From positions 22,134,001 to 22,198,000 of the forward strand of contig NW_026889761.1 of the NCBI RefSeq assembly GCF_033153115.1: a stretch of DNA of 64,000 nucleotides, given 5' to 3'. The notes under the pieces were generated by a model. It made no database searches. It was not told the origin of the DNA and saw nothing but the letters and a program-made list of their open reading frames with translations. Shown in pieces: positions 1 to 13,981 of the stretch (its first letter is position 1; each line of letters starts with the position of its first letter). A program made the position numbers and the translations under genes. Source of the DNA: Saccostrea echinata (Eukaryota).

Positions 1-825
1 AACAACCCCCCCCCCCCCCCCAAATGGCCCCAATATTAATAGACATTAATGAGCAGAACCATGAAGGAAGCAGAATAATATTCATTTCCCTTCATTCACC
101 AATGTGTGACATTGTTTATCAAAGTAGGGACAGACAAAACAATTAATGTCTGAAAACTATAAACTCAAAAGATCTATTTCAGGAGGTTGTGTATGTGCAT
201 TTGCGTGCATTTCTCTTTTTTAAAAAAAAAAAACACACAGGAAAGGGAGGGGGCTCTTAATAAAATTTTTCATATTTTATGAACACCAAATTAATTTTCT
301 TGGAAAAAATATGTGCATGTTTTTTGGGGGAGTCCCACTCCAACCCTGGTACTAAGTGCATGTCCTGTGTTTTATCACAGACATAAATAATATTTTATTT
401 AATATATGTCTCTGGTTTTATGCAGAAAAACTGTAAGAATATATTTCACATATTATTCCTCACAATTACACTAAAAGCACAGAACTATTTTTCCAAAATT
501 TATTTGGTATAAAATTTCACTTTAGTACATAAAAATATAACAAAAAATTTAAACCCTTCTGTCAACCAGAGACAAGGCAAGTTACGATTCAAATTTTGCC
601 TTTGCCTACAATACAACTTGACTTCTCCAAAGTGAACTCATGACCAGATTATGATTAAGACTAGTGAACTCTTGGCCAGGACCTTGGTTACGAATTTACT
701 TTGCAGTTTGGATAAAAGCTGACATGTTGAGTAGGAGTTGACTTGGTTATAAGTAGGTCAGGTTATGAGTTGATTTAATATCAAGTGCAGCGAGCTGCGC
801 AAAGCGCCGCTCGTCACTGCGAGCT

Positions 826-1142
826 CTTAAAGCAATGCCTCAAGACACACAATGCAATGATTGTTGTTCTCGCTGCTAACTTCGTTCTCGCGGTAACAAC
901 AATTAAAAAATCACAAGAAATAAACTCACTTTAATTTAATGGATATTGCATACAGATATTAAATGGGTTCTTTGTTAAAATTTTGCAATCTTCAAACTTC
1001 GTTTCTGGAAATGCATCTAACATACGACGTCATATGATGTCACAGTCTAGGTGTTCCAAACGTCTCGTGCAGTTTGAAGAGGCGGATCTTAAAATTAAGT
1101 GAACAACTGCGCCCGCCCCAACGGTCGCACAGTCAACATATT
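826..1142 (+). repeat. Interspersed repeat; inverted partner at about 2471-2850
   Basis: For example AAACTCACTTTAATTTAATGGATATTGCATACAGATA versus its reverse complement near 2657-2693. Confidence 0.85.
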
Positions 1143-2320
1143 ACCCCCTTTACATTCAAAATGTCCCATACTCAACAAGTATTTTCAGAAACAGGACAGC
1201 TATATGTTTCATCAAATTGAGCATTTTTTAAAAAAAAGGTCTATTGTTCTCATGACTTGTGAGGATCATACTTTAAAAGTTTGTCATTTAAATGCAGCTA
1301 TGGAAAATGTTCAATTAGAGGACATGGACAGTAAACTTTATTCAAAACTAGTGGCAGAATTCAGCCACGGTTCGGATAACTAGTAACTGTCTGTACTGGT
1401 CTGTACTGAATAGTTCAATACTGTATTTTTTCACAACGTTTCCACGTGGCACAGGTATAAATAATTACCTTAGCAAGTGCTTTTGTTATAATGGACATCT
1501 CATAGGATGGCATTTTCTTCCTTTAATGTGTCTCAACAATATTACAATGGGATGCGTGTTTTCCTTGACTTTCAATTTATTCAGTGTCAAATTTACGCTT
1601 TATTCAGTAAATCGTCTAATAAATTATTCGAATGTGTAGAAGTGGAAAATCCCACATATATTTATGTCATATAATTCACAAGCATTAAAATTATTTTGAA
1701 TAAAAATATGTATGACAAAAATATGAAGATACTTTATCAAATCTAGAATAAAACATATCAGATAAAATGCATAAAAGTACGATTTGACAAAAACTGAACA
1801 AATTATGAAAAAGCGTTCAAGTGACCTTACAACAGCGGTCAAAAATGGCCACTTCGGGACTGGGTCTCTTGGTAAGAACCTTTTTTAATTGAGCTCACTG
1901 TAATTTTTTTTTTTCAAACTGTAAATTGACACTTTGTTTAAATTGCTCTCTATTTAATTACTAAATTTTGCAAATAGTTCTGTGAACAACATTACATTAC
2001 ATGTTTTCTTTTATTTGACCTTTACTCACCGTCAACCGGTGATTTTTTTTTTTTTAAAAAACACTACATTAGAATATGGTTATCAATTTCTAGCTATTTA
2101 AAATAATTTTTAAAAATGTGATTAGTCTCTTTATCAGACTAGTAGAGTTGCTTCCAGGAACATTCAGCATTAGAACTTAAATTATATCAGTAAAGTTCGA
2201 ATTTTCTCCATTGAATACCTAAAATAAAAGCTTCTCTATACTTATCTCAGTTGAATACAACAAAAATGCTTTTTATGTACATGCACATTCTAAAGCACTG
2301 TAACATTTTTTTCTTTACAG

Positions 2321-3362
2321 GCAAGGAGTTTTAGTACATCAGTACGATGCAACAAGCTTGTTCAGGTAACATGTCGTGCTTGATTTCTTTATTTATTGGG
2401 TCCGGAACAATCTTTTGATTAAGTTATATGGCTTGATTTAGGTATTCAAAATACCTTGAGTTAGCTATAACATGTTGACGGTGCAACCGTTGGTGTGAGT
2501 GCAGATGTTCACATAATTTTAAGATCCACCTCTTCAAACCACACAAGACTTTTGGAGCATCCAGACTGTGACGTCACATGCTGTTGTATGTTAGCTGCAT
2601 TTCCATAAAATAAAGTCTGAAAAGTGCAAAATTTGAACAAAGAACATTTAATCTACTATCTGTATGCAATATCCATTAAATTAAAGTGAGTTTATTTTTT
2701 GTGAACTTTTGTTGTTACCGCAAGAACGAAGTTAGCAGTCAGAACAACAAGCATTGCATTGTGGGTCTTGAGGTAACTGGGGGAAAAAATTGTTTGGATC
2801 AATGTGCAAAGTCCGAATTTTCTCTTCGCCCAGGCGTTGCTTTAAGAGTGCAGTTTGCTTTTAAAAAGTTTTATACATTGTCACTTCCATCCACACGAGG
2901 AGCACTACTCGATCATGCTTCTTTTTTTTCTTTAATATTACTTTTGGTACGGGTGAGGTCAGAATGGTAAACCTAGGAGAGGTTTATCTTTCCAGTTGTA
3001 AACCAAGATGATTATGAAAATATTGTATTAATTCAATTCTTCTCTGCTATGTCTCCTTAAACTAAAATAAATATCTTTTTAAAAAATCTTAAAGATTATG
3101 CAGAAAAAAACATAAAATGTAACCATTTCCTTCAATTCATTTCAGTCTAAATCAGTAGAGCTACTGTCTCTCGATAAAGACTTCTGATTGTGATAGTAAA
3201 CTTTCTCTGTTTTACAGACTCCCGTTCAGGTGTATGGTTTGGGTGGCAGCTATGCCTCAGCCCTGTATTCTGCTGCAAGTAAGGAGAAGGCACTCGACTC
3301 CGTAGAAAAGGATCTCAAATCTGTAAAGGTACGTAGCTGATATGACTTCTTAACAAGTAATT

Positions 3363-3443
<81 letters not shown>

Positions 3444-5045
3444 TTTACATGCTTGTAGCTTTAGATTTATTTGATATTTCTCAATTTTGTAGCAACTATG
3501 GGAGAAAGACACCAAATTCAGGGACTTTTTTGCAGATCCCACAGAAAATGCCAGACGAAAAAAGAGTAATAACTTCCTTGCATAAATTAATTGTTTATAA
3601 AGACTCTTAGTTTACCAGGGCTCTAAATATAATTCTGCTAAACATTTTTCCTGCATAAATTTTGATGTTTACTTATTGTAATGAAATAGATACATTGCAG
3701 ATAGACTAAGAGTCCATCAATTTTAACATTGTTACCAATTTCAACATGTTAAATTCTCTCCATCTAGCTTAATACAGAAACTTTCACAAATATTGATTGA
3801 TATATATCATGTACTATAAAGGCTGAGCTGTATTTTCTAAGAGTGGATACTTTATAAATACATATTTGCTTGATTGTACATCTTGTCGTCCTTCTATATT
3901 CAGCTGCCTTTCAGTCTGTTGTGAAGAAGAATGGTTACTCAAAAGTGACACAGAATTTGTTTGGTAAGTATGCAAATTTTGATATATTTTTGTTGAGGCT
4001 CTTGATATTTAAATTGCTTGTATTTAATAACTGTCAGATATGAATTTGTTTAGATTTTGGAAATGATTTTTCCATTTTCATGCTGAAGTTTGTCTCTTTC
4101 AGACACAATGGCAGACAATGGACGGCTAAACAAACTTACAGAAGTGATTAACCTTTATATGGAGCTAATGAGTGCCCATAGGGGAGAGGTCATCTGCAAG
4201 GTCACTGTAGCTAAGGTAACAAAATCTTTTAACATAATGCCAGCTTCAAATCCTTAAAATGCATTGTGAACCCTGAAACCTCTCTTTGTTCAGAAAAAAA
4301 ATTGTAAAAACTAGATATGATCCTATAATTATTTGTCTTGATAGTAGCTGAATAGAAATAATATAAAACATGCAATTAAATCTCTTCTGTGTGTCTCTCT
4401 ATCTCTGCTTAATGTTAAGCTTTAAGCAGTTTGAATTTTTGTAAAATGGATAGGAAACATTAATTTAAGGCATATCAAACTAACACCAGATGTACATGTA
4501 TTTTTGAAAAATTGTTAGAATTAGAAATATTTTTTAATGATTTTTAAGTCATTTCTTGTAGAAAGTACTGACTACAAAAAGAAAATGTCTTTTTCATTTT
4601 TATACCTCGTATTTTTTTCTAGCCTTTAGATGCTAGCACCAGTAAACAACTCCAGACCATTCTAGAGGGATTTCTACAGAAGGGACAGAAACTCTACCTA
4701 GAGACTGAGGTAAAATTGCTTTAAAAATTCTTACTAAAAATTTTTCAAAAATGGATTGTCTGCCTTATTTTTCTCCATATCTGCACTAGCAAACATCTTT
4801 GCCATAAATCCTTTACAAGAAGATAAAACCCCCTGAAATAGGGGAGAAATTTTAAAACTCCTTTAACAAAATTGTATGTAAATGATCATTTTATTGGGAC
4901 ATGAATTATATTTTGTTCTGTGTTTCAGGTTGACCCAAGTCTTGTTGGAGGTATGACGGTGACCATTGGGGATAAGTTTATAGACATGTCCCTCAAATCC
5001 AAGATCAAGCTCTACACCGACATTCTAAAGAGTGCAGCTATCTAA
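2321..5045 (+). CDS. ATP5PO: Mitochondrial ATP synthase subunit O (OSCP); exons 2321-2365, 3218-3328, 3493-3565, 3904-3963, 4103-4215, 4623-4709, 4929-5045; first coding exon not found, probably upstream of the window
   Basis: Manual splicing on AG/GT sites with matching phases gives [68 protein letters not shown]...-DTMADNGRLNKL...MSAHRGEVICKVTVAK-PLDA...-VDPSLVGGMTVTIGDKFIDMSLKSKIK...stop, matching OSCP family motifs. AATAAA at 5105-5110. Confidence 0.95.
3368..3444. repeat. (TA)n microsatellite in an ATP5PO intron
   Basis: Directly visible. Confidence 0.95.
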
Positions 5046-5928
5046 ACAAGACAGCACTAACTTTTATTATAATTTCATACATGTGTTTGTTTACCACTAG
5101 GATGAATAAAAAGGCTATTTAAACTTAAGATTTGATGAGGTCTTACTTTAGATACATTGTATAGATTAGTGATTTTGAAAATGTGTAACACTTTCAACTT
5201 GCTGATAAGAAGATAAGTGAGGAGAAGATTGCTATGACAGTTTTGAATCGTGAGCTGATAAAGAAAAAAAAACCTGAAATTAAAATAGGGATTTCCAGAA
5301 GTGAACAACTGGATGAGGGGATGAACTAAGTGGCACTTTTTTCCCGCTTTTGTATAGAAGAGATTATGCTAACCTCTGAAGGAGGTGTCCTGGATAAATA
5401 ATAGATTGATTGATGATTTGAAGTTTAATGTCTCGGTGGGAATTTTTCATTCATATAAAGAGCTGTAGATGAGTTGCTAAATTTTAAGATGTTTGCTTTG
5501 TATAATGCCAATGCATGGAAACATGCAGTCCCTGTTCTTCAAGCATCAGTTCATAGGTGGGGGACCTACATATCTGAAAGTGATTGCTTTGTATTGGAGT
5601 ACATGTAGTCATAATTTTACAGTCATAGAAATGTCCTGAAAAACTACATTAAACTTGAAGATAACGAGGTCAAAAAATTATAATACATTTGGAAAGATCT
5701 TGTCACAGGTAATACACATGGAACTTCTCTCATTCAAAACAAAGTTATTACCTATGTTGAAATTTTGAAAGTAGGTCAAACGTAAGTCAAAGTCATTAGG
5801 TCAAAACCATGGTACAGTCGGAAAGGTCTTCACAGGCGATGCGTAAATGAGGATGTCAGCCATGAAGTGACAAAGATGTAAAAAATTGATAAATAATATT
5901 CCGTGTGATTTTGTTTTGATCATTATTT

Positions 5929-6273
5929 AGGCCCGTAGCAGCGGTTTAAAAGTGGGGGGGGGGGGGGCTTGCCAAAGAAATCTGACAAGCAAAAAAGAAA
6001 AAAAAAAAAAAAACCTAAATTGACCAAAAGTGGGGGGGGGGGGGGGTTGCAACTCCACAAAATTATCTGACAAAAAAAAAAAAAAAAAAAAACCCTTTCT
6101 ATAGTCCAAATCCTGGAATTTGCCAGTGCTCGACCTTACAAAATCAAAAAATGGGGGGCGAGGTGGGGGTTGCAACTAGCATCTTAACAAAATTTACTAT
6201 AGCTAAATACTATACTCGGAGGAAAAAATGGGGGAGGGGGTTGGCTAGTCCCCCCTTCTCGTTCTACGGGCCT
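5929..6273. mobile_element. G/A-tract-rich MITE; paralog at 26013-26390
   Basis: TIRs AGGCCCGTAG / CTACGGGCCT. Confidence 0.65.
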
Positions 6274-7695
6274 TTTATCTGATAGGTGCTACAAAATGAA
6301 TGTATAACGAACAGCGATAAATCTCATAAATCCTTTGTATTTCCTCTGTATAGCGATCATGTTAACAGAGTTACAATGACCTAACAGTTATCAGTCAAAA
6401 TGCAACCCACAAAAGGTTGTACATGTATTTGCAAAAAAGTTAAGGAATAAAGGCGTTGAATTTAATTTCTTTCAAATGTTATTGTCAGTGGTTTTGAATA
6501 TTTCTGAGGATTTGATGTAAACATGAAAAAAGCCGCAGGAGTGAAAACATAAAAATCCTAAAATATAAAGAAATTACATGTACAAAGTTTCTATGACGTT
6601 CTAACTTTTTACCATTCCCCTTATAAATCTTTGCACTTTTTAAAATCACTAGATATAACACTAATGAGAAATCGTGAACGAAAACTTAACTATATGAATA
6701 AACATTTATTTTACTTGTAAATATAAACATATAGATCTAATACATGCATCTAATGTAATGATTTTTCAAATAAATGTAGCAGTTAGCCATAAAATTTATG
6801 TACACATTTGCCCATAATTGTAAATGACAAAACAAATTCTGAAGAAAAACATAAATAATCCACAGATCATTACAATCAAAGCCTTCTCTCAACCCCGCTT
6901 TGGAAATCACCATGGCTATTTATACGGAAAAAAAAGTTTGTAGAATTGGCCTTAAAATGTATGTACACATTTACAAAATTTAATAATTATAATTGACAAA
7001 ATAAACATAAAAAAAAACAAAACAAAAAACAAAAACAAAAACAAACAAAAACAAAAAACAAACAAACAAACAAAATACAAATAACAATCAAAGCCCTCTC
7101 TCAACTCCACTTTGGAAATCACTATGGCTATTTATAGAATATTTTATTTAGCACAAAGCAGTAATATGCAAATGTTAGAAAAATTCCTACCCCCCCCCCC
7201 CCCCCCCCCCCAGAGAGTATTGTATATATTCTGTTCAGTATGTTAAAGATATCATGGAAGGTCCAAAGAGACTAGGTTACCGCCATGATTGTTACCGCTA
7301 TAATCCTAGTTCAGTATTTGACCTCCCTTTTACTCTTTTTGACTGACAAAGGGGTGTGTCGCCATTTACCTAAGCTGAGAAATTAAAATTAATGAATCAG
7401 GGCTAAGGCGAAATCGGAACTCGATTTATATAATTAAAAAAAATATTACAATTATATCTCATAAAACACCATTAAATGAGAACACATTTGTTCGAATAAA
7501 TATATTAAGAAACCGTATATTTATTTATTTATTTTTTTTTTAAAAATGCTATAATTTGATTGTAATTCCATCATAATATAGGAAGAAATTGATGAAATAT
7601 TAAGATTTTTAAAGGTGCAACATTTCAAAGATATTTGTGAATAAGTCTATAAAATAAGTTATTTTAAAATTCAAATACTATGTTTACTAATACTT

Positions 7696-7798
7696 GTGTC
7701 ATATTGTAATTTTTGAATTTACCGGGTGGTGGTACATACAAAAATTAATTTTTGTATTTACTACCATCCGGTAAATTAAAAAAATTACAATATGACAC
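7696..7798. repeat. About 100-bp spacerless palindrome; paralog at 27810-27912
   Basis: GTGTCATATTGTAATTTTT...TACAAAAAT|TAATTTTTGTA...AAAAATTACAATATGACAC. Confidence 0.9.
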
Positions 7799-8014
7799 TT
7801 GACAAAATTTCACTGAAGTATTAAAAGCAGTTGGGTTTTTTTTTTCATTATAACTTAAACATTTTTTTTTCATTCAGCAAACAACATCTGAAGTGGCAAA
7901 TGAACAAAGATCTGCAGATTATTAACTTCATTTATTTTCTAAAAAGTCCATATTCAAATTTAGAGTATCTTAGAAAGTGTTTACTTGCTTAATACTCACA
8001 GTTTCCTTTCAAAA

Positions 8015-10075
8015 GATAAAATTCTTCAAAATCACCTTTTAGTTTTAAATATACTTTTAACATTCCAGTCCATGGAAGTGAGTTTTATTTACCTTACCTA
8101 TACTGGACTCCAAAAATTCATAAAAAAATCCTTACAAACAAAGATACAGTGTATATTGTAGGGTCTAGTTAATATCCAACCAAGTTTCTATCCTCATTTC
8201 TCACCAAAATTTTAACAGCTGTGAAGGAGAAACTTCAGGAGTACTGTACAACATATTCGAGATGTGGTGTTAATCAGATGTTGATACTGAAGAACTCCAA
8301 GGAAGGTTTAGAAAATTTGAGATCACAAAATTTTACCAGCAATTGCATCAAAACACACGACTTTTCAACACTTATACAACTATTCCTCAGGATGAATTAA
8401 AAACTAACCTTTTTGACATCAAAGAAAACTAGTACTGTTTCTTCAATAAAAATGGTACACGTAAATTTAACATACCTTGTCATTGGTCATCTGCAAACTT
8501 ATTTTATTATGCCCCCGTATCGAAGATTCGGGGATATATAGTTTTTTGCCCTGTCCGCCCGTCTGTCTGTCTGTTCGTCTGTTTGTCCGCAAAAACTTTA
8601 ACATTGCCCATAACTTTTGATTGGTTGGAGCTATGGCTTTGTGGATTTCATATATTCCATTGAACTCGAAAGAGAAGACACCACAGTCTGCCACATCTGT
8701 TTCATATTTGGATATTTTACTAGAATAAGACATTGATGGTAAATTAACATTTAAACTTTATGATAAACACGATGACTTCAACTTTTCTATCGTCAACTTC
8801 ATTCATTTAAATAACAATATAATATTTTCACTGAATATGGGGTTTATGTGAAAGGTAAAGATAACAAACAGTGATCGATCTAAAAAAGAAAACCCATAAA
8901 CAATACAAATATGTGAAGAGGGTGTAAAACATGGACCCCTGGAAATTCCAGAGGTGGGATCACGTGCCTAGGAGGAGTAAGCATCCCTTTCTAAGCAGTC
9001 ACACCCGCCGTGAGCCTTATGTATTGATCAGGTAGATGGAACTATCTGTGGTCAATTCAGTACAAAAACAAAGGCCTAACAATTGTTATGAAATAAGTCA
9101 GCCAAAATTCGACCCAATAATAGGCCATTATAACGACCATAAAATTTACGAAAAGATGACATTAAACGAGGCTGTTGAAATCCCTGTAACATCTACTTAT
9201 CAATGAGTAGCCTGTCTCGCTTTAAAAATTGATCGTTCTCAGAGCAAGCTCTTGAGTATAGAATAAGTTGGTAGACATTAACGCCATAAGCAGGTGATAG
9301 TGGAATGCATGTTTTACTAGATAAATAAGGAAAGTTGACGATGAAAAAGATAAAGTAATTTCGTTTGTCATACAATTTAATTGTTAATTGGCATTTGTCG
9401 TCTATAGTCAGTAAAATATTTAAATATGAAACAGATGTGGCAGACTCTGTGGTATCTTTTATTTCAAGTTCACTTGGATATATCGAGTCGACATACGAAT
9501 GAAAATAACTATTGTTAATTGATAAAACATCATCTATGTATCTGAATGTCGAATTGAAGACCACAGCTAGCGTTTTCCTCTTCTCGTGTAGAAGTTTTTG
9601 AATGCTTCATAGGAATATAAAAACAGGTCGGCTAATAAAGGAGCACTTCGGAATTTCAATAGTTTGTTGGAAAACGGTCTCCGAAGACTACATAAATGTT
9701 GTCAATGTGGAACTCCGACATCCTTTTAATATCAACTTCAGAGTACTTGTGTACAATCAGAGTGGTTTTTAACGAATTAATGTTGCTGATGACCAATCAC
9801 AAGATGTGAAAATTTTCGAGTTCCATAATTTAAGAAGCTGTTGTCTATGATATCAAAAAGTCTTAGGTTTGAATGAATATGTACCAAAAGTATGAAGCAT
9901 GAAGATAATGAACAGTATTCAATCTCGAAAGTCCAATGAAAACGATACGAATTTGGAGCAGAGCAAACACGGACCTAAAAATTTATCAGGTGATCAGGTG
10001 TTATGGAGAAGTGAGCATCCTCTGCTGACCGGTCACGATCGGAAAAAAACGGAAAAATCCGTAGACAGTATCAAA
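8015..10075. mobile_element. Penelope-like RT relics, convergent (+ about 8015-8830; - about 8830-9862; - about 9895-10075)
   Basis: ORF 9193-9564(-) has FRYIDDVLSINN and KLYDKR motifs. The + fragment is homologous to 15165-16150. Confidence 0.85.
8500..8641 (+). mobile_element. HINE 5' fragment inside a Penelope-like relic (unit A only)
   Basis: TATGCCCCCG...CGGGG hairpin plus a GTCT/GTCC microsatellite; absent from the paralog near 28600-28912. Confidence 0.7.
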
Positions 10076-10935
10076 ATCACCCTGCAATTCCTCTTATTCA
10101 AATTGTAAGATACTTCTGCTATGTGTCCGAAAATTATATTTTTGGACACTTTTAAAATCACTGAATTAAAAATACATTCAAATGCAGGTTGAACAACAGA
10201 TACCAGGTATGTCTTTCAAGAATTAACAGTTTTCAATTGCAAATGCGACCATGATTTATTACAACTGCAAGTCAGTAAGATAAGAAGAGTCTTGGACCAA
10301 TAAAGCAACAGAATTGGAGATATCACTTAATTAGTCTTGTACTCATTAACATTTAAAAATTGTTAATTAGTGAAAGACAGATAGATAGACATTATAACAT
10401 TTTTTCTCTCTTTTTCTTATAATTTTATTAAAAAACAATGCATGTTACAGTTTTCAGATCAAAATAGAAACATTTCCACATAGTGTATATTGAAGTTAAT
10501 GTTGTCAATTTATCATAAGAAAAAGAACATTTTATTCATAAGATTTAATGACCAACATGTCATCCCTGTATCTTCATTTTACGAATACCTCAGTTGAGCA
10601 TTTTGGTCCACTGGCCTTTAAATTTATAATTCTTAATCTTTTTAATCAAAAAATGTACATCTTATCAAAATCTACAGGGGTCATTTTTCTCTATGTAGGA
10701 TATGCAGATTTTTTTAGGGTAACGCCACTTTTTTTTTTACAGACAAAAGGGTCTTTTTCGACGTCGAATAATGACCGGGTTTCATTTTTCGATGTAGAAA
10801 AATGACCCCCGGTCATTATTCTATGGGGGTCACTATTCGTCTTTACACCTGCAAACAATTCCATTGCTCTTGTTCTTTTCTCAAATATCCTTCAATCATT
10901 TTTACATTTTTATTTCAATGTTTATCTATGAATGA

Positions 10936-12250
10936 TACGAGGGTCGTTCAGTAGCTACTGCAAAACGTCATCAAAAAATTAAAAAAATAAGAAAAACACA
11001 AAAAGCAATCTTTTTAGATATTTAATCCTTCAAAGTATTCCCTGTTAATCTTTACATAAGTCTCAAGTTTCTTTAAACATAACAGAACTTTTTGGGTGTC
11101 AAAAGACACTGATGGATAGCACTCCCCTCGTCAGATCTAAAATACCAGATTCTTTCTTTGATGGTTTTCTTGAGTTCTTGAAAGAAAAAAAATGTCACAA
11201 AGACTAAGATCTAGCGAATACGGGGGATGTTTAAACTTTGTTCCTTTTTTTTTCAAAATATCCTTTACATCTCTATGCTTTTTTGCAGCAGCATTGTCAG
11301 GTACAAGAAATCACCCTGGGTACGTATACTTGTGTTTGGACTTCTTACAGAAAACCTGCTTATCTTTCCTCAATACAATTTAAACATAAAAGCTAGCTAC
11401 TACTGACGGTCCTTCCTTTGGGTGTCGGCACTGGACATGTCGAGTAAACATAAAACCCGTATAAGACCTGTTTGGAATTCCGGCTATTCTCTGCAATAAC
11501 AGGACGATAACGTCCTCTCTAATTCCGCATTTTATTATTATTGACCTTCCATTTGGTCTAGAAACGGTGCATCCATGTTTTGTTACCCATCACGCAGATT
11601 TATCATACTCTGTTTTGTAAAAATGTTTATATTTTAATACACTCTTGGCACTTTTAACGCGGCTTTTCTTGTACTCAACAGTAAGGGAAAAATGTACTCA
11701 TTTGACAGAAATAATTTTAGATTCATTCTCAATCAACTGTTGTGATGATGAAATGTTTAGTGTCTAAGCAGTGTCTCTCACTGTAAGTCCGGGATTTTCA
11801 AATATCGTGTTACTCACAGCATCGATATTTTTGGTGTCTTTTAAGCCCCTTTTCCATTTTTGAATTTTGCTAATCCACCTGAACACCGTACTGAGTGAAA
11901 GGCTAATTTTTCCAGATATCAAAACCATATCTTCATTTGGGTTCTTCAGCGAGTTTTCTACAAATGAACGGCATAAGCACTCATTTTCATCTTTTTTGAC
12001 AAAGGTCATTTTTAAACAGTTTTCAGCTCAGTGTAGTGACCATGTTTACTTAAAAGTGAATTTCTTTGCTGAGACAGTAGGAAAAAAATGTTGTTTACGG
12101 TGATTACGAGTTCTTAAAGAGAACTTTTCGAGTGTGAAAAAAAGAATTAACTGATTCTACATATATATTGATAAACCGTATGTTGCTCACCAAACATGTT
12201 TTTCTTTTTTGTTCTAGTGTAGTCATTGATATTGATTGAATTCAACTGGA
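10936..12250 (-). mobile_element. Decayed mariner-type DNA transposon
   Basis: TA-CGAGGG terminus. Minus-strand remnants HPPYSLDLSLCD (YSPDL motif), PDNAA (HDNA motif), and HTH STVFRW...LTVRD. Other end approximate. Confidence 0.8.
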
Positions 12251-12627
12251 TGAAATTGAATAACTCTCACTTTTTAAAATGAAATTCATTAACAACAAAA
12301 TTGTGAATATAGTGAAAAATTTTGTTCAGATGAACTTAATTATTTTGGTAATTTTTATCCACAAAAATTAACAAGAGAACTCCAATTATTTGTCTAATAA
12401 GCAACCAAACATTTTGTAAAATATTTATATACTTTCGTTGCACAGTTGTCACGATTATAAGGAAAAGAGGTCACAATCTGTCAGAACAACAGAAATTCTG
12501 CAGACAAACGTGCACCATTTATATTTCAGTCCCAAAATACTTCTTATCAGTTTTCCGATTCCTACTTAAGACAAAGACATACAGAAATTCTGTTGCGAGG
12601 ATATCCCACTTCCTTTGGTTTTTAAAT

Positions 12628-13768
12628 ATGGCCAATGTAAATGCCTGTCTCGGTGTCTTTATTATTGTTTTGGCGTTTCAGACAATTCAAAGCAGTGCGC
12701 AAAGCTCAGACGAGCTGCTGGAAATAATCCATCGACAAGAAGGTTTACTGCAGACTCTAAGTGAGAAAATGCAATCTCTCAGCAACACTGTGAACTATTT
12801 GCGAATTGAAACCCAAAGACAAGAAAGGACAATTAAACACCAAAGCTTGGAATTACAATCATTACGCAAAGCCATTAGTGTGAAGCAGAAAAAAAATTAT
12901 GCAAGCTCCAAATACGGTTCTACCAGAAAATTTGAAGATGAGCATTTTGATTCCTACGTCTGGAGAAATGATGAAAACACAGGGCCATGGCAAAGACAAG
13001 ACTATCAAAACAACGTGACGCAAAGATCTCTTGGTAAGTTTATTTTGGAAATTCAAAGGATCCATAACTAGCACAATAAAACAGATGCAAAGAAATACAT
13101 GTCTAAATCAAAAATACAATGGGTTTCAAATCATATGTGGATTAATAGGGTATATAATGCATCGATATTCTCGCATTCCGTAGTTATGATTGCTAATACC
13201 AAAGCATTATAAAACCTATAAAACCAAATTAAGAAAATAGGGCATTGCACTCACTAACGCTTTTTCCATTATAAAAGCAGCATTCTAGTGTCATCGTAAT
13301 TTATTTGTAGATATGTATCAACAAGAATTGTCAACGAGAAATCTAGGATACAGGCTGTCTAACCAATGTGCATTCTACGCTTACATGAATCAAGCCATGC
13401 ATTCCTTACCACCTCAGCATACCCTCGTCTTTGACATGGTGATGACAAACATTGCAAATGCATACAATAGATACACTGGGGTATTCACGGTTCCTTACAA
13501 TGGACTTTATGCTATAACATGGACTATCTACTCAAATTCTTACAGCTTTGTTTTTTCAAATCTCATTGTCAACTCGGACACCTGGAACAGTGCCTTTGCT
13601 AACTCTGAGGAAAATAATGATCGCCATACCGCCACAGGCTTCGTGGTTGCACAACTGAATGCAGGTGATGTAGTGTTTCTTAAGACACATGAGACAAGAA
13701 AAGGCCTAGGAACATTAGAAAGCTCATTCGAGGCACGTTCAACATTCGCTGGCTGGAAAATTGGCTAG
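12628..13768 (+). CDS. Secreted C1q-domain-containing protein (signal peptide, coiled coil, C-terminal gC1q), about 287 aa; exons 12628-13033 and 13311-13768
   Basis: Hydrophobic N-terminus (CLGVFIIVLAF) and heptad-like region. A phase-1 intron (G|GTAAGT...TGTAG|AT) joins the two ORFs in frame. gC1q motifs AFYAY, LVFD.V.TNI.NAYN..TGVFTVPYNGLY, VAQLNAGDVVFL, STFAGWKI. Confidence 0.92.
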
Positions 13769-13981
13769 TTCCAATCACCATGTAATTAATAAATGAAGTG
13801 CCTGCCTGTTATGATTTTTTTCTATAAATTACACCAGGTATGATCTTTCAGCGTTTGCCTGGACATAAAATAAAATAACCTATAGCTATTAGGTGATGTT
13901 AAAGATATAAAAATAATGAAGTGAATAACCAGAAAACAATTTGTTACAATCTAAATCGAATATATATATATATATATATAT

